A DNA stretch of 60,937 bases from Pseudomonadota bacterium (lineage in GTDB: Bacteria; Pseudomonadota; Alphaproteobacteria; Azospirillales; Azospirillaceae): contig JAEZPL010000722.1 in assembly GCA_023413605.1 (NCBI GenBank), positions 1-60,937 of the forward strand, read 5' to 3'. This document shows positions 11,214 through 20,790 of this stretch, in pieces. Position numbers and translations under genes: made by a program. Positions within the stretch are counted from its first letter, which is position 1; the number at the start of each line of letters is the position of its first letter. The notes beneath the pieces were generated by a model, which saw only the letters and a program-made list of their open reading frames with translations, did no database searches and was not told the origin of the DNA.

Positions 11214-12670
11214 CAGGGCGTCCGTGGCGTGTCGATGGCGGGACGGAGCCGGACCAGCGAACTGTCCCCGAAAGTCTGGACGAAAAGGTCGGTGATTTCG
11301 GCGATGATTTCCCGATCGGGGTAGCGGCTGTCCAGATTGTTGAAAACAGCGAATTCCAGGTGCGAGCCAAGCCAGCGAATGATCTCGAAGGCTGGCCAGT
11401 AGAACGTGTTGTCCCCCGACGTCCGCAGCAGTTCGGCCAAGGCTGTGCGCAACGTCGATTTGGAGACGCAGTCGGCGATGATGGTCGAGGGGAACTCCGT
11501 CGTCCCGTTCAGCGGAACAGGGGACAATGTGACGTAGAGCGGCGCGGTTGGGTTGAACGCACGGATGCTGTCCACCGTTGCCTGAAGGCAGGCCGTATGC
11601 TCGGCCACCGACAGCGTGCGCATTTCGATCCGGTCGAAGGCGCCGTCCTCGAACACCGGCGCGAAAATGAACTGGCCGGTGGCAGTATCGAACGGCACGG
11701 CGCCAACCCCGACGGTCATGATCAACGCGTCGGCAGCGGCCAAGTTGCGGATCACCCGATCCCGTTCGGCACCGTACAGAATCCCCATCCGACGGGTGTT
11801 CTCGTCCGCGTCGGCCTGGCGCTTGCCCAACAGCCATTCGAAGAAAAGCTGGTTGGCAACGGGGGTGTTGATGTCCTCGAAGAAAGTCGCGTTGAACGGA
11901 ACAACGTTAAAGTCCAGCAAGGCGGCGGCGATGTTGCGGGCAAAACAGGATCCGAAGCTGAAGATTCGGTCCTCCGCCCGGATAAAGCGTGTCGGCCGGG
12001 GTAGGCCGGCGACGATATGGCGCTCCACGAAGGTGCGCAGGTCTGCCCGCTTCAGGGTGAGGTTGCCATCAGCGGCAAAAGCCAGGGGCCAGAAGGTGGC
12101 GCGCTCTCGCAGGGGATTGCGGGTGTTTCGACGCAAGGCGAAAGCCCGGTCGTAATCCGCTATCGCCGGGGCGCAAAAGTTTTCTGCCATGATGCGCGCC
12201 CGGCGGCGCCAGAACCCCGCCTCCGTGGCTTGGCCCAATCGGTCGCAGACTTCCGCCAGAGCCTCCTGCAACTCCACAGACTCCTGGAAAATTCGCCGAG
12301 GAGCCAAGGCCGCGCGTAGGAAAGCTTCCGCTTCCGCCGGGCGGTCCAGAGCCAGGAGAGCACGACCGCGCAACCCTTCCGCTTCGGGGCCGGTCACGCT
12401 GGTTCGGTGGATGGCGAAATCCAGTGCTGCCCAAGCCAGCCCTGCCTGAAGCAGTTGCATTCCAGGCGCAAGATCGGGAAACCGCTGGTTGGGAAACCGC
12501 TCGATGCCGATGCGGTACAACTGTTCCGCATCGGCCAATGAACCGGCGCGCAATGCCGCTAGAACGCCTGCGATGCTGGATGTCAGGTCGTTCGGAGGCG
12601 AGGGCTTCGGGGCATTGGGTGCGGGATCAGGGTGGCTTGTCGGCATCGCGGAATTTCTGTCTGACATCAC
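11213..12670 (-). CDS. GSCFA-domain protein with an N-terminal TPR-like region
   Basis: Signature 'FSFGSCFARNI', 'TLSPVPL', 'SKSTLR', 'YWPAFEII'; helical Ala/Leu/Arg-rich N-terminus. Confidence 0.85.
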   Translation of the reverse strand: MMSDRNSAMPTSHPDPAPNAPKPSPPNDLTSSIAGVLAALRAGSLADAEQLYRIGIERFPNQRFPDLAPGMQLLQAGLAWAALDFAIHRTSVTGPEAEGLRGRALLALDRPAEAEAFLRAALAPRRIFQESVELQEALAEVCDRLGQATEAGFWRRRARIMAENFCAPAIADYDRAFALRRNTRNPLRERATFWPLAFAADGNLTLKRADLRTFVERHIVAGLPRPTRFIRAEDRIFSFGSCFARNIAAALLDFNVVPFNATFFEDINTPVANQLFFEWLLGKRQADADENTRRMGILYGAERDRVIRNLAAADALIMTVGVGAVPFDTATGQFIFAPVFEDGAFDRIEMRTLSVAEHTACLQATVDSIRAFNPTAPLYVTLSPVPLNGTTEFPSTIIADCVSKSTLRTALAELLRTSGDNTFYWPAFEIIRWLGSHLEFAVFNNLDSRYPDREIIAEITDLFVQTFGDSSLVRLRPAIDTPRTP

Positions 12671-12733
12671 GGGGGGATATCCACAAGTCGCTAGAACTGA
12701 AGCAGGTTTCGATCTTCAGGGCGCCGGCGGCGC

Positions 12734-14170
12734 TCAGGCCGATATCCCGGTCCATTGGCCGTCCGGCCAGAAAGGTGAGGATGTCGTGAATCCGATTTCT
12801 TCGAAACCTTGCAGCAGTTCGGCCCGAAAAGTCGGAACCAAGCTGAAATAGTAGAACAGGTTCCAAGGTTCTTGTTCTGCCGCGTTCCGCCAAGCCGCCA
12901 GCGCGCCCTCGTGACTTCCCGTGGCGGCAAGGGCCAGCCCCAGGGTAATCTGCACCCAGGCCGAACTGTTGATCTGCGCGGCTTGGCGTTGCAGGGCCAA
13001 GGCTTGGTCGCACGCGCCACCCGCCTGCCGGGCCAAACCAAGGCAACTGGAAATCCAGGGGTCGCCTGCTTTCTGCTGCAACGCCTGCTCAAGAGTGGCG
13101 ACGGCGGCGGACACGTCGCCGGCAGCCAGGAGTGCCAAGCCAAGATAAGCGTGAAGAAAGGGATTGGAGACGCTTCTCAGGCAATGGCGGAACTCAGTGA
13201 CGGCCTCGTTGGCTTGTCCAGCCCTGAGCAAACCGACGGCAAGACGGCCACGGGTGACCATATCGGTGGGGTTTCGCTCAAGCCGCGACCGGTCCAGACG
13301 GATCGCCTCGGCGAAGCGCCCCCGCTGCAGCAAATAATGGATTTGGCTGGTGTGGATCAGTGGCGAATTTGGATTGAGCGCCACAGCGCGCTCAAACAGG
13401 CTTCCCGCCCGATCAACCCCTTCCGGCAGGTGCATCAGGCATTCCGCGAACCACCAGAGCAGATCGGCCTGCTCGCCTTCCCGGGCGATCGCCCGTTCGA
13501 AGGCCGCGGCGGCTTCCTCCTGCCGTCCCAGGCGGGTCAAGCCCCGGCCGAGTTGCGCGTCGGCCCGCGAACAGTCCGGATCCAGGGCCAAAGCCAGCCG
13601 GCAGACCTCCACCATAGCCGAAAAGCGGTTCTCCACGAAGGCGGCGGAGGAAAGGGACAGCGCCTCCTCGACGATGTTCCAAGCGATGTCAGGACTGACT
13701 CCGGCTGTGGAGGGAGGGGGCGCGTCCGGGCCCTCCCCTCGCCCGCGGGCAATGGCCAGAAGGCGGCGGCAGAAGGCGGCTTCCGGCAGCCCAGGTTCCA
13801 GGCGCTCCGCTTCGGAAAGGGCTTGTTCGGACGCCTCCCATTGCTTCGCCTGCATGGCTTCCAGCGCGATCAGGCAGTGCCCACGCGGTTCGTACAGCGG
13901 GTCGACGGCCATTGCCGCCGCATGGGCTTGCTGGGCCGCGGCGGCGTTCTGACTGTGCTGGCGCAACGCGGCCACCAGCCGGACCTGGGCGACGCGATGG
14001 CGCGGATCGTGGCCCAAGGCTTGGCGGAAATGCTCAACCGCGGCAGGAATGTTCCCTTCCTTCAGCACGGCCCTGCCCATCTCGGCGTGATAGCTGGCGA
14101 AGGCGTCGGCCTTGATCGCGGAACGCCAAGCCTCGGTGTCGATGTTTGCCGATGTACGGGGGGGGGTCAT
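12734..14170 (-). CDS. Tetratricopeptide-repeat protein
   Basis: Repeated TPR-like units such as 'AVEHFRQALGHDP', 'AAAAFERAIARE', 'LFERAVALNP', 'YLGLALLAAGD'. No catalytic motif seen. Confidence 0.85.
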   Translation of the reverse strand: MTPPRTSANIDTEAWRSAIKADAFASYHAEMGRAVLKEGNIPAAVEHFRQALGHDPRHRVAQVRLVAALRQHSQNAAAAQQAHAAAMAVDPLYEPRGHCLIALEAMQAKQWEASEQALSEAERLEPGLPEAAFCRRLLAIARGRGEGPDAPPPSTAGVSPDIAWNIVEEALSLSSAAFVENRFSAMVEVCRLALALDPDCSRADAQLGRGLTRLGRQEEAAAAFERAIAREGEQADLLWWFAECLMHLPEGVDRAGSLFERAVALNPNSPLIHTSQIHYLLQRGRFAEAIRLDRSRLERNPTDMVTRGRLAVGLLRAGQANEAVTEFRHCLRSVSNPFLHAYLGLALLAAGDVSAAVATLEQALQQKAGDPWISSCLGLARQAGGACDQALALQRQAAQINSSAWVQITLGLALAATGSHEGALAAWRNAAEQEPWNLFYYFSLVPTFRAELLQGFEEIGFTTSSPFWPDGQWTGISA

Positions 14171-14229
14171 GTTCTTCCGCCTTCTTGTCTGGATCTGCCC
14201 CGGATGAAGGAAGGGTCGCTTATGCCACG

Positions 14230-15975
14230 TTAAACGCCGGTAAATTCAAAACCGCCGGTATCCGGGCCGGGCCAGCCGGCGGCGCGCAGCATGCGCTGTG
14301 TCATCGCCGGAATCGATGCTTTGCGGGCGATGTGCGCCGCCGCTTCCTTTCCCAACCCGGCTCGCTCCGGAGAAGCCAGCAGTGTCAAGCAATGAGTGGC
14401 CAGAGCGTTCGCGTCGCCGGCATCGGCGGTGAAGCCGTGGAGCATGGGCGCCAAGCATTCCAGTGTGCCGCCCACACTGGTGGCGACCACCGGCAGGCCA
14501 AGGGCCTGCGCCTCCATCACCACGTTCGGCATCCCTTCCATGCGGGATGTCTGGAGCAGCAGGTCGCCCGCTTTCAAAATCCCGAACACATCGGCTTGCC
14601 TGCCCAACGGACGCAGGACTTCCGAGAGCCCGCGCTCCCGGATCCGCTCATCGAGGGTCGCGCGCAGGGGGCCGTCGCCGACCAGCAGGGCCTGGACCGT
14701 GGGGTTATGCCGGTGCACCCGCTCCACCACGTCCAGAAAGACGAAGGGTTCCTTTTCCTCCGTCAGACGAAAGACGCCGACGATCACCGGCGTTTCAGGA
14801 GAGATGTTCAGGCGCGCCCGCCAGCGGATTCCAGCGTCGGCAGGAACCTGGGACAGGGCTTCGAGGTCGACGGCGTTCGGCACCACCCCGATGCCGGCGG
14901 CAGGCATGCCGATCCACCCGGCATAGGATGCAGCACCAGCCTTGCTGTTGTTGGCCAGGCGCACCGACCGATGCTCCAGAAGGAGACGATACAAGGCCGG
15001 CAACATCACCGGTTCCCGGCAGAGCGGCTCAAGTTCGGGAAAATGGGTCGGGTTGACGCTGCGTCCGCACATCAAAATATGCGGAACTCCCGTCAGCAGG
15101 CCGGCAATGCCCGACACCATGCAGCCACTGTCCAGGAAGCCGATCAGCAGGTCAGGATTCAGGGTGTCCAGGGTTTGGACACTGGTGGCCACGGCGTGGG
15201 TTACGTGATGCAGGAAGGCGGCGCTGCATTCCAGGGCAGGGCGATGCCGCTCCAGCAGTCCGCTCTCCATCCCGTCCCAGAATTCGCGGGGGAAGGGCAT
15301 TTCAAGCCGGGCCACGCCGGCCTCGTCCACCCGGCGCACGTAGTTCTCCGCTGCGGGGCCGGGAGGAAACTGGGTGACGAGCGTAACGCGCCAGCCGCAA
15401 GCTCTCAATCCCAGGGCCAGATAGACCAACTGGCGTTCAGCCCCGCCGGTGGCGAGCCCGCCCACCCACAGGCAAGCATGGGGGGGAACCCCGGACTCCG
15501 TCCGAGGTGGACGGGCATGCCGTCGCAGAGCCTTGCTGCAGAACCGCACCGGATCGCTCCAGAAAGCCGTGTTCAACTGGCCCGGCCAGCCGCCCAGCCA
15601 TTCCGTGGACGGTGGAACAATCGGCCCCAGCAGGCTGGACAACATCTCCGGCTCCATCCGCCGCACGGCAGGATGATTGCCCAGTTCGGCGATCTGCGCG
15701 GCGATGGCGTCGCCGAACCGGCCGAAGTCGGCCGTTATCACCACGGCTGTGACCTCCGGGTCCAGCCCGGCGAGGTCTTCCGGCGGGCGGACCGGCACGC
15801 CGAGGATGCGGCGCCCCCAAAGCTCGGGATTTCGATCGACGATGAACAGGAACGGGTGGGGCGATTGCAGCAGGAGATAGGGCATCGTCCCGGTCACGCC
15901 CCAGGCGACGGCCTGCCGGCGGCCGGCCAGCAGGTCACGATACACGGGTATGGCCGCCGTGCTGGACAAGATCAT
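14230..15975 (-). CDS. Glycosyltransferase family 4 with an N-terminal Rossmann-like module
   Basis: 'LATGGAERQL', 'GVFRLTEEKEP', 'SRMEGMPNVVMEAQALGLPVVATSVGG'. Confidence 0.9.
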   Translation of the reverse strand: MILSSTAAIPVYRDLLAGRRQAVAWGVTGTMPYLLLQSPHPFLFIVDRNPELWGRRILGVPVRPPEDLAGLDPEVTAVVITADFGRFGDAIAAQIAELGNHPAVRRMEPEMLSSLLGPIVPPSTEWLGGWPGQLNTAFWSDPVRFCSKALRRHARPPRTESGVPPHACLWVGGLATGGAERQLVYLALGLRACGWRVTLVTQFPPGPAAENYVRRVDEAGVARLEMPFPREFWDGMESGLLERHRPALECSAAFLHHVTHAVATSVQTLDTLNPDLLIGFLDSGCMVSGIAGLLTGVPHILMCGRSVNPTHFPELEPLCREPVMLPALYRLLLEHRSVRLANNSKAGAASYAGWIGMPAAGIGVVPNAVDLEALSQVPADAGIRWRARLNISPETPVIVGVFRLTEEKEPFVFLDVVERVHRHNPTVQALLVGDGPLRATLDERIRERGLSEVLRPLGRQADVFGILKAGDLLLQTSRMEGMPNVVMEAQALGLPVVATSVGGTLECLAPMLHGFTADAGDANALATHCLTLLASPERAGLGKEAAAHIARKASIPAMTQRMLRAAGWPGPDTGGFEFTGV

Positions 15976-16246
15976 GGCAGGCTCCCGAACAGCGCGGAAA
16001 AAACGGATTGCGTTGCTGTCCGGGTTTCCCGGAGCACTGTTGCCATGGAGCGAAACGTCCTGAACGCGGTCCCGAAGTTGCCCAGCCTATAGAAGGAACG
16101 CCACCCTGGGTCAAGGTTGGCCGGGGCAGGTCCGAAAGCCGGCACGGCTGTCCATTCCACCCCTAATGTGTACTCCCCGCGGGCTCCGGATATATACTCC
16201 GCCTCCACTTCGGGCGGTTCCGGTCCGGGGTATCGGGGGAAACGGC

Positions 16247-18082
16247 ATGTGCGGCATCGCAGGAATTCTCAATCCCGACGGGCGTCTTTCTCCCGAACGC
16301 ATGCGGGAAACCGCTCTGGAGATGGCCCGTCGGCTGGGTCACCGCGGGCCGGACGACATGGGCATCTGGCACGCCCCGGACAACCGATGCATCCTGGTCC
16401 ACCGCCGCCTCAGCATCATCGACACCTCGCCGGCCGGGCACCAGCCCATGGGCCGCGACGGCGGGCGGCTGCAACTCACCTACAACGGCGAACTCTACAA
16501 TTTCGAGGAGCTGCGGGCAGAGATGGCCGCCCAGGGGGAGACCTTCGCCGGCCGCACCGACACGGAGGTCTTCCTGGCCGGCCTGGAACGCCAGGGTCCC
16601 TGGTTCTTCACCCGGGTGGACGCCATGTTCGCCCTGGGCCTGTACGACGATGCCAGTGGGGAGCTTTTGCTGGGCCGGGATGCCTTTGGCGAGAAGCCCC
16701 TCTACTACACCCACCAGAACGGCTTGTTTGCGTTCGCCTCGGAGCTGAGCACGTTGACCGCGCTGCCCGACTTCGACGCCGAGATCACGCTTGACGCCAT
16801 CGCCACCTATTTGACGATGCAGTTGATCCCCGCTCCGGGGACGATCTACCGATCCTGCCGCAAGCTGCCCGCCGGCTGCTATCTCCGGGTCGGCCCGCAA
16901 GGGCCGGGCGAGCCGGTGCGTTATTTCGACTTCATCGTGGACGGTCAGCGCGAGGCCGGCCGGTCCCTGGACGAACAGGCCGACGCCCTGGAGGAGCTTT
17001 TGCTGCGCTCCCTGCGCCGGCGCCTCATCAGCGACGTGCCCCTGGGCGCTTTCCTGTCGGGCGGAGTGGATTCCTCCACCGCCGTGGCCTTGGTTGCGAA
17101 GCGGCTCAACCGCTCGGTCCAGACCTTCACCATCGGTTACGAGAACACGCCCGACACCGAGCACCTCCAGGCGGAGGAGATGGCCCGGCATCTGGGGGTG
17201 GACCATCATGCCCGGCTGTTGACCCCGGACGTGATCGCGCTCGGCACCGACTTGGCCCGCCGGCTGGACGAGCCCAACGTGGACAGTTCTTGCCTGCCCA
17301 CCTACCTGGTCTCCGAATGGGCGCGGCGCAGCGTCACGGTCGCTTTGACCGGCGACGGCGGGGACGAGCTGTTCGGCGGTTACGGGCGCTATTTCGAGTG
17401 CCTAGCGGCCACGCACGGCCGCGAGGCCGACATCGCGGCCCGACGCTGGCATGTGGGCAAGGATTACTATTCCGGCCGCATGCTGGTCTATCACGACACG
17501 GAGCTTCCTCCCCTGCTGGGCCGGGTTCCGTCGGCGACCGCCGATCTGATCCTCTCGCTGCGGCGCCGGGTGGACTTGGATCCCCGTCCCCTGGTGCAGC
17601 GGCTTCGGGAGATGGACGCCCGCTACTATTTGCCGGTGGTGTTGGGCAAGGTGGACCGGATGAGCATGCTGAACAGCCTGGAGTGCCGCACGCCTTACCT
17701 GTCGGTGGAGGTGGCGCGCTTCGCCGCCGGTCTGCCCGAGGCGCACATTCACGACGGATCCCAGGGCAAGCTGGTCCTGAAGCAACTGGCTGCCCGCTAC
17801 CTGCCGCGGGATTGGCTTGAGCGGCCGAAGATGGGGTTTGGCCTGCCCGTCTTCCAGGATTGGACCAAGCGACATGTGCTGGAGCATCTGCGCGTTATTC
17901 TGGCCGAGCCGGACAACCGCTTGGCCGGCTGGCTGGGCGCGCGCCGGCTGGCCGGATTCATGAAACGGCAGGCGGAGCAGGCCTCGCTCTACCAACTCTG
18001 GGCGCTGATGGTGCTGGAAACCTGGATGCGCGCCCATCCCGTCCGGATCGGCCGCGACGCCGCCGAGGACTCCCCGTGCTGA
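16247..18082 (+). CDS. asnB: Asparagine synthase (glutamine-hydrolysing)-like amidotransferase
   Basis: N-terminal 'MCGIAG' (Ntn Cys), 'HRGPD', 'RRLSIID', 'NGELYN', 'FLSGGVDSS', 'TGDGGDELFGGY'. Confidence 0.93.
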   Translation: MCGIAGILNPDGRLSPERMRETALEMARRLGHRGPDDMGIWHAPDNRCILVHRRLSIIDTSPAGHQPMGRDGGRLQLTYNGELYNFEELRAEMAAQGETFAGRTDTEVFLAGLERQGPWFFTRVDAMFALGLYDDASGELLLGRDAFGEKPLYYTHQNGLFAFASELSTLTALPDFDAEITLDAIATYLTMQLIPAPGTIYRSCRKLPAGCYLRVGPQGPGEPVRYFDFIVDGQREAGRSLDEQADALEELLLRSLRRRLISDVPLGAFLSGGVDSSTAVALVAKRLNRSVQTFTIGYENTPDTEHLQAEEMARHLGVDHHARLLTPDVIALGTDLARRLDEPNVDSSCLPTYLVSEWARRSVTVALTGDGGDELFGGYGRYFECLAATHGREADIAARRWHVGKDYYSGRMLVYHDTELPPLLGRVPSATADLILSLRRRVDLDPRPLVQRLREMDARYYLPVVLGKVDRMSMLNSLECRTPYLSVEVARFAAGLPEAHIHDGSQGKLVLKQLAARYLPRDWLERPKMGFGLPVFQDWTKRHVLEHLRVILAEPDNRLAGWLGARRLAGFMKRQAEQASLYQLWALMVLETWMRAHPVRIGRDAAEDSPC

Positions 18083-19794
18083 CCGAAGGGCAGGAACTGA
18101 TTGCGCTCTACCGGGACATTGCGGCTGGCCGGCGGCGTCTGGTCGGCTGGGGCGCGACGGGGGACCTGCGCTATGCCCTGTTCCAGCTTGCCCCTCATCC
18201 CGTGGCTTACGTGGTCGACGCCGACCCGGCGAAGTGGGGGAGCCGTGTCCAGGGGGTGGAGATCGCCCCGCCGGAGCGTCTGGTCGGGGAGGATCCCGCC
18301 AGCACGGCGGTGATGGTCTTTCCCCACCAGTCCGCGGCCTTGCCGGCGATCCTGGACACCATTCGCGCTCTGGGCGACTTCCCGGTGATGCCGCCGTTCC
18401 GGATCGAGTGTGACCGGCCGTTCGGCGCCGGTATCCCCGACACGCCCTGGGTGCGGCGGCTTCGTGACTTGTCGGACGATCCCGTGGCGGCCCTGGGGCG
18501 GCGCATGCGCGCGGTGGCGTCGCCCCCCGTGCCGGAGCGGGAGGGGGTCGCACTCGTCAGCGAGTATCTGACGCTGGGCGGATCGGAGCGGCAGATCTGC
18601 CGTCTGGCCGCGGGGCTGGGGCAGGCAGGTCTTGGTCCACGGCTGTTGGTGCCGGGCCCGCCGCAGCCCGATCTGGAAGGGCTGCACCGGCTCTTGCGGA
18701 CGGGTGGGGTGCCGGTAAACCATCTGCCGCAACCGCGCGACGATTGGACCGGCGACCCGTGCGCCCTGGCCGGTCCCGACCCGGAGCCGGTCATGCGGGC
18801 GGTGGAATTGCTGCCTCCGGAGATGATCCACCGGGTCCTGGCCTTGCGGTCGGCCCTGCTGGCCCGGCCTCCGGCACTGGTGGTGGCCTACATGGAGCGG
18901 GCGTCGGTGATGGCCGGGGTTGCCGCCCTGCTGGCCGGGGTTCCACGCATCCTGCTGTGCCTGCGCAGCCTCGATCCCAGCCACTTCACCCATTACTTCC
19001 CCAACGGCATCGACTGGTACGCCAAGTGCCTGGCCCTGCTGTCCGGCTTCCCCCAGGTGCGCTTTGCCGCCAACAGCCGGGCCGGGGCAAGAGCCTGCGC
19101 GCGCTGGATGGGCGTGCCGGAGGAACGGTTCCGGGTGATCGTCAACGCTGCCCCGGGCCCGGTCGAGCAGGAAGCGGCGATGGCGGAAGGCCGGCGCATC
19201 CGGGGAGAGCTCGGCCTGCGGCCGGGACAGCCCCTGGTCGCAGGCGTGTTCCGGTTGGTCCCGGAAAAGCGGCCTTTCCTGTTCCTGGAAGCGGTGCGGC
19301 GGCTGGCCGAGGGCATCGCGGACCTCCAGGCCGTTCTGGTCGGTGGCGGCCCTATGCGGGACGCCGTGATCGCGGAGGTGGAGCGGCTCGGCCTGGGTGA
19401 GCGCGTCCATTTGGTCGGCCCACAGCCGGATGGTCTGCCCTGGATCGCAGCGGCCAACCTGCTGCTTCACACCGCGGCCTTCGAAGGCATGCCCAACGTC
19501 CATTTGGAAGCCCAGAGCCTGGGCCGGCCGGTGCTGGGCTTCGCCGTAGGCGGCGTGCTGGAAGCTCTGGCCCCTGCTCTGCACCCCTATGCGCTGCCGG
19601 ACGGGGCCATGGACATGTTGGTGGAGGCGGGTCAGCGTTTGCTGAGCGACGAGGCCCAGCGGCGAAATCTGGGTGCGGCGGGATCCGCCTTCGTGAAGGA
19701 TTCCTTTGGCATAGAGCGGCTGGTGGCGGACAATTTTGCGGCTGCTGGCCTTGCGGTGGAATCACGGATGACGAGTCTTGGGGCTTTTTCTTAA
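18076..19794 (+). CDS. Glycosyltransferase family 4 with an N-terminal Rossmann-like module (paralog of 14230..15975)
   Basis: GTG 18076 follows GAGGA; 'LTLGGSERQI', 'GVFRLVPEKRP', 'EGMPNVHLEAQSLGRPV'. Confidence 0.88.
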   Translation: MLTEGQELIALYRDIAAGRRRLVGWGATGDLRYALFQLAPHPVAYVVDADPAKWGSRVQGVEIAPPERLVGEDPASTAVMVFPHQSAALPAILDTIRALGDFPVMPPFRIECDRPFGAGIPDTPWVRRLRDLSDDPVAALGRRMRAVASPPVPEREGVALVSEYLTLGGSERQICRLAAGLGQAGLGPRLLVPGPPQPDLEGLHRLLRTGGVPVNHLPQPRDDWTGDPCALAGPDPEPVMRAVELLPPEMIHRVLALRSALLARPPALVVAYMERASVMAGVAALLAGVPRILLCLRSLDPSHFTHYFPNGIDWYAKCLALLSGFPQVRFAANSRAGARACARWMGVPEERFRVIVNAAPGPVEQEAAMAEGRRIRGELGLRPGQPLVAGVFRLVPEKRPFLFLEAVRRLAEGIADLQAVLVGGGPMRDAVIAEVERLGLGERVHLVGPQPDGLPWIAAANLLLHTAAFEGMPNVHLEAQSLGRPVLGFAVGGVLEALAPALHPYALPDGAMDMLVEAGQRLLSDEAQRRNLGAAGSAFVKDSFGIERLVADNFAAAGLAVESRMTSLGAFS

Positions 19795-19863
19795 TGAACC
19801 AGCGTCTCTGTTCGCCGGTATCATTTTCCGGTCGTATCAATTCTCCTTCGTTTCCAGTATGTC

Positions 19864-20624
19864 TTAGGCATGTTCTCGTGTCGGCTTGATGTCTCTTATC
19901 CGGAAGCCGGCATCCATCAGCGGCCACAAGTAACGCTCCAATGAGTTCACCTCAAACTGGTCACGGTAATCGTGAATGAATTCGCTGTGTGTCACTGGGG
20001 CAATCCAGCCTCGCCCCATTTCACGAAGCCTGCGCTTTTGGCCGGTTTCTTTCTCGTACAGGTCGCCGGCCATCACTAAGGACGCATTTTTCTCAGCGGG
20101 TTGCAGGTTCTGGATCAGCAACTGGCACATAGTATCGTGCGTGTTCGGGACGATGTGCAGGGACTTTCCCCCAGGCTTGAGGGCCAAATACATCGCTTGG
20201 CAAAATGACCCAAGGTGCTCGACATGTTTCATGACAAAATGACTGAAAATAAAATCAAAAAATTCAGCGCTATCCTGAAGGTAAGGTAAAGTATTTCCGG
20301 AGTGGAGATTCGCGTTGGTGATTCCGGCCTCCCGCATCAACCTTGCCCCTGCATGGGCTGGAGGCTCCTCAGTTTTGAAGGCTTCGCCGGGTTCGTCAAT
20401 GTCGATGCCATCGACCTAAGAAAAAAGGAAGACATTACCGCGCATGCCAACCCGATGCCGCAGCCGATATCCAAAAAGCGTTCGCCTCCCCGCTCGAACA
20501 CGTCGCCAAAGAGATCGTTGAACAGTCGGTATTCGTTGGTTCTGATCTTGAAGTAGGCTTCGCCCCAATGTGAATGAGGTTGAGCGAGGTCAATAAATTT
20601 GTGACAGGATGCTGAAATTTTCAT
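19864..20624 (-). pseudogene. Frameshifted class I SAM methyltransferase, AT-rich
   Basis: The 5' frame carries 'FLDIGCGIG'. The motif continuation 'VDGIDIDE...FDFIFSHFVMKHVE...LKPGG' is in another frame, switching near 20415-20426. Confidence 0.75.
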
Positions 20625-20790
20625 CTATTTCATCGCCCTGTGTTGAAAGAAGTGCAAGACGCACAAGCGATAACCCGTTTGCGATAGGTCGGCAAGCAGA
20701 CATGAACCAGGCGTGTCGCGTGGACGCTTCGGCAGCCTCCTTGGTAAATCTGGCGCCATCTTCTCGAATTCAAAAGAACGGAAGTTTGTG

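Noticed and set aside
9187..11370. 727-aa ORF as one protein
   Set aside because: Its first ~450 codons overlap wecB and the end of the GSCFA gene out of frame and read as Arg/Gly/Pro-rich noise. Only 9187..10017 has methyltransferase motifs and a coupled ATG.
20421..20426. A6 tract as a phase-variation switch
   Set aside because: The tract is short, and restoring the frame by one base still meets an in-frame TAG.
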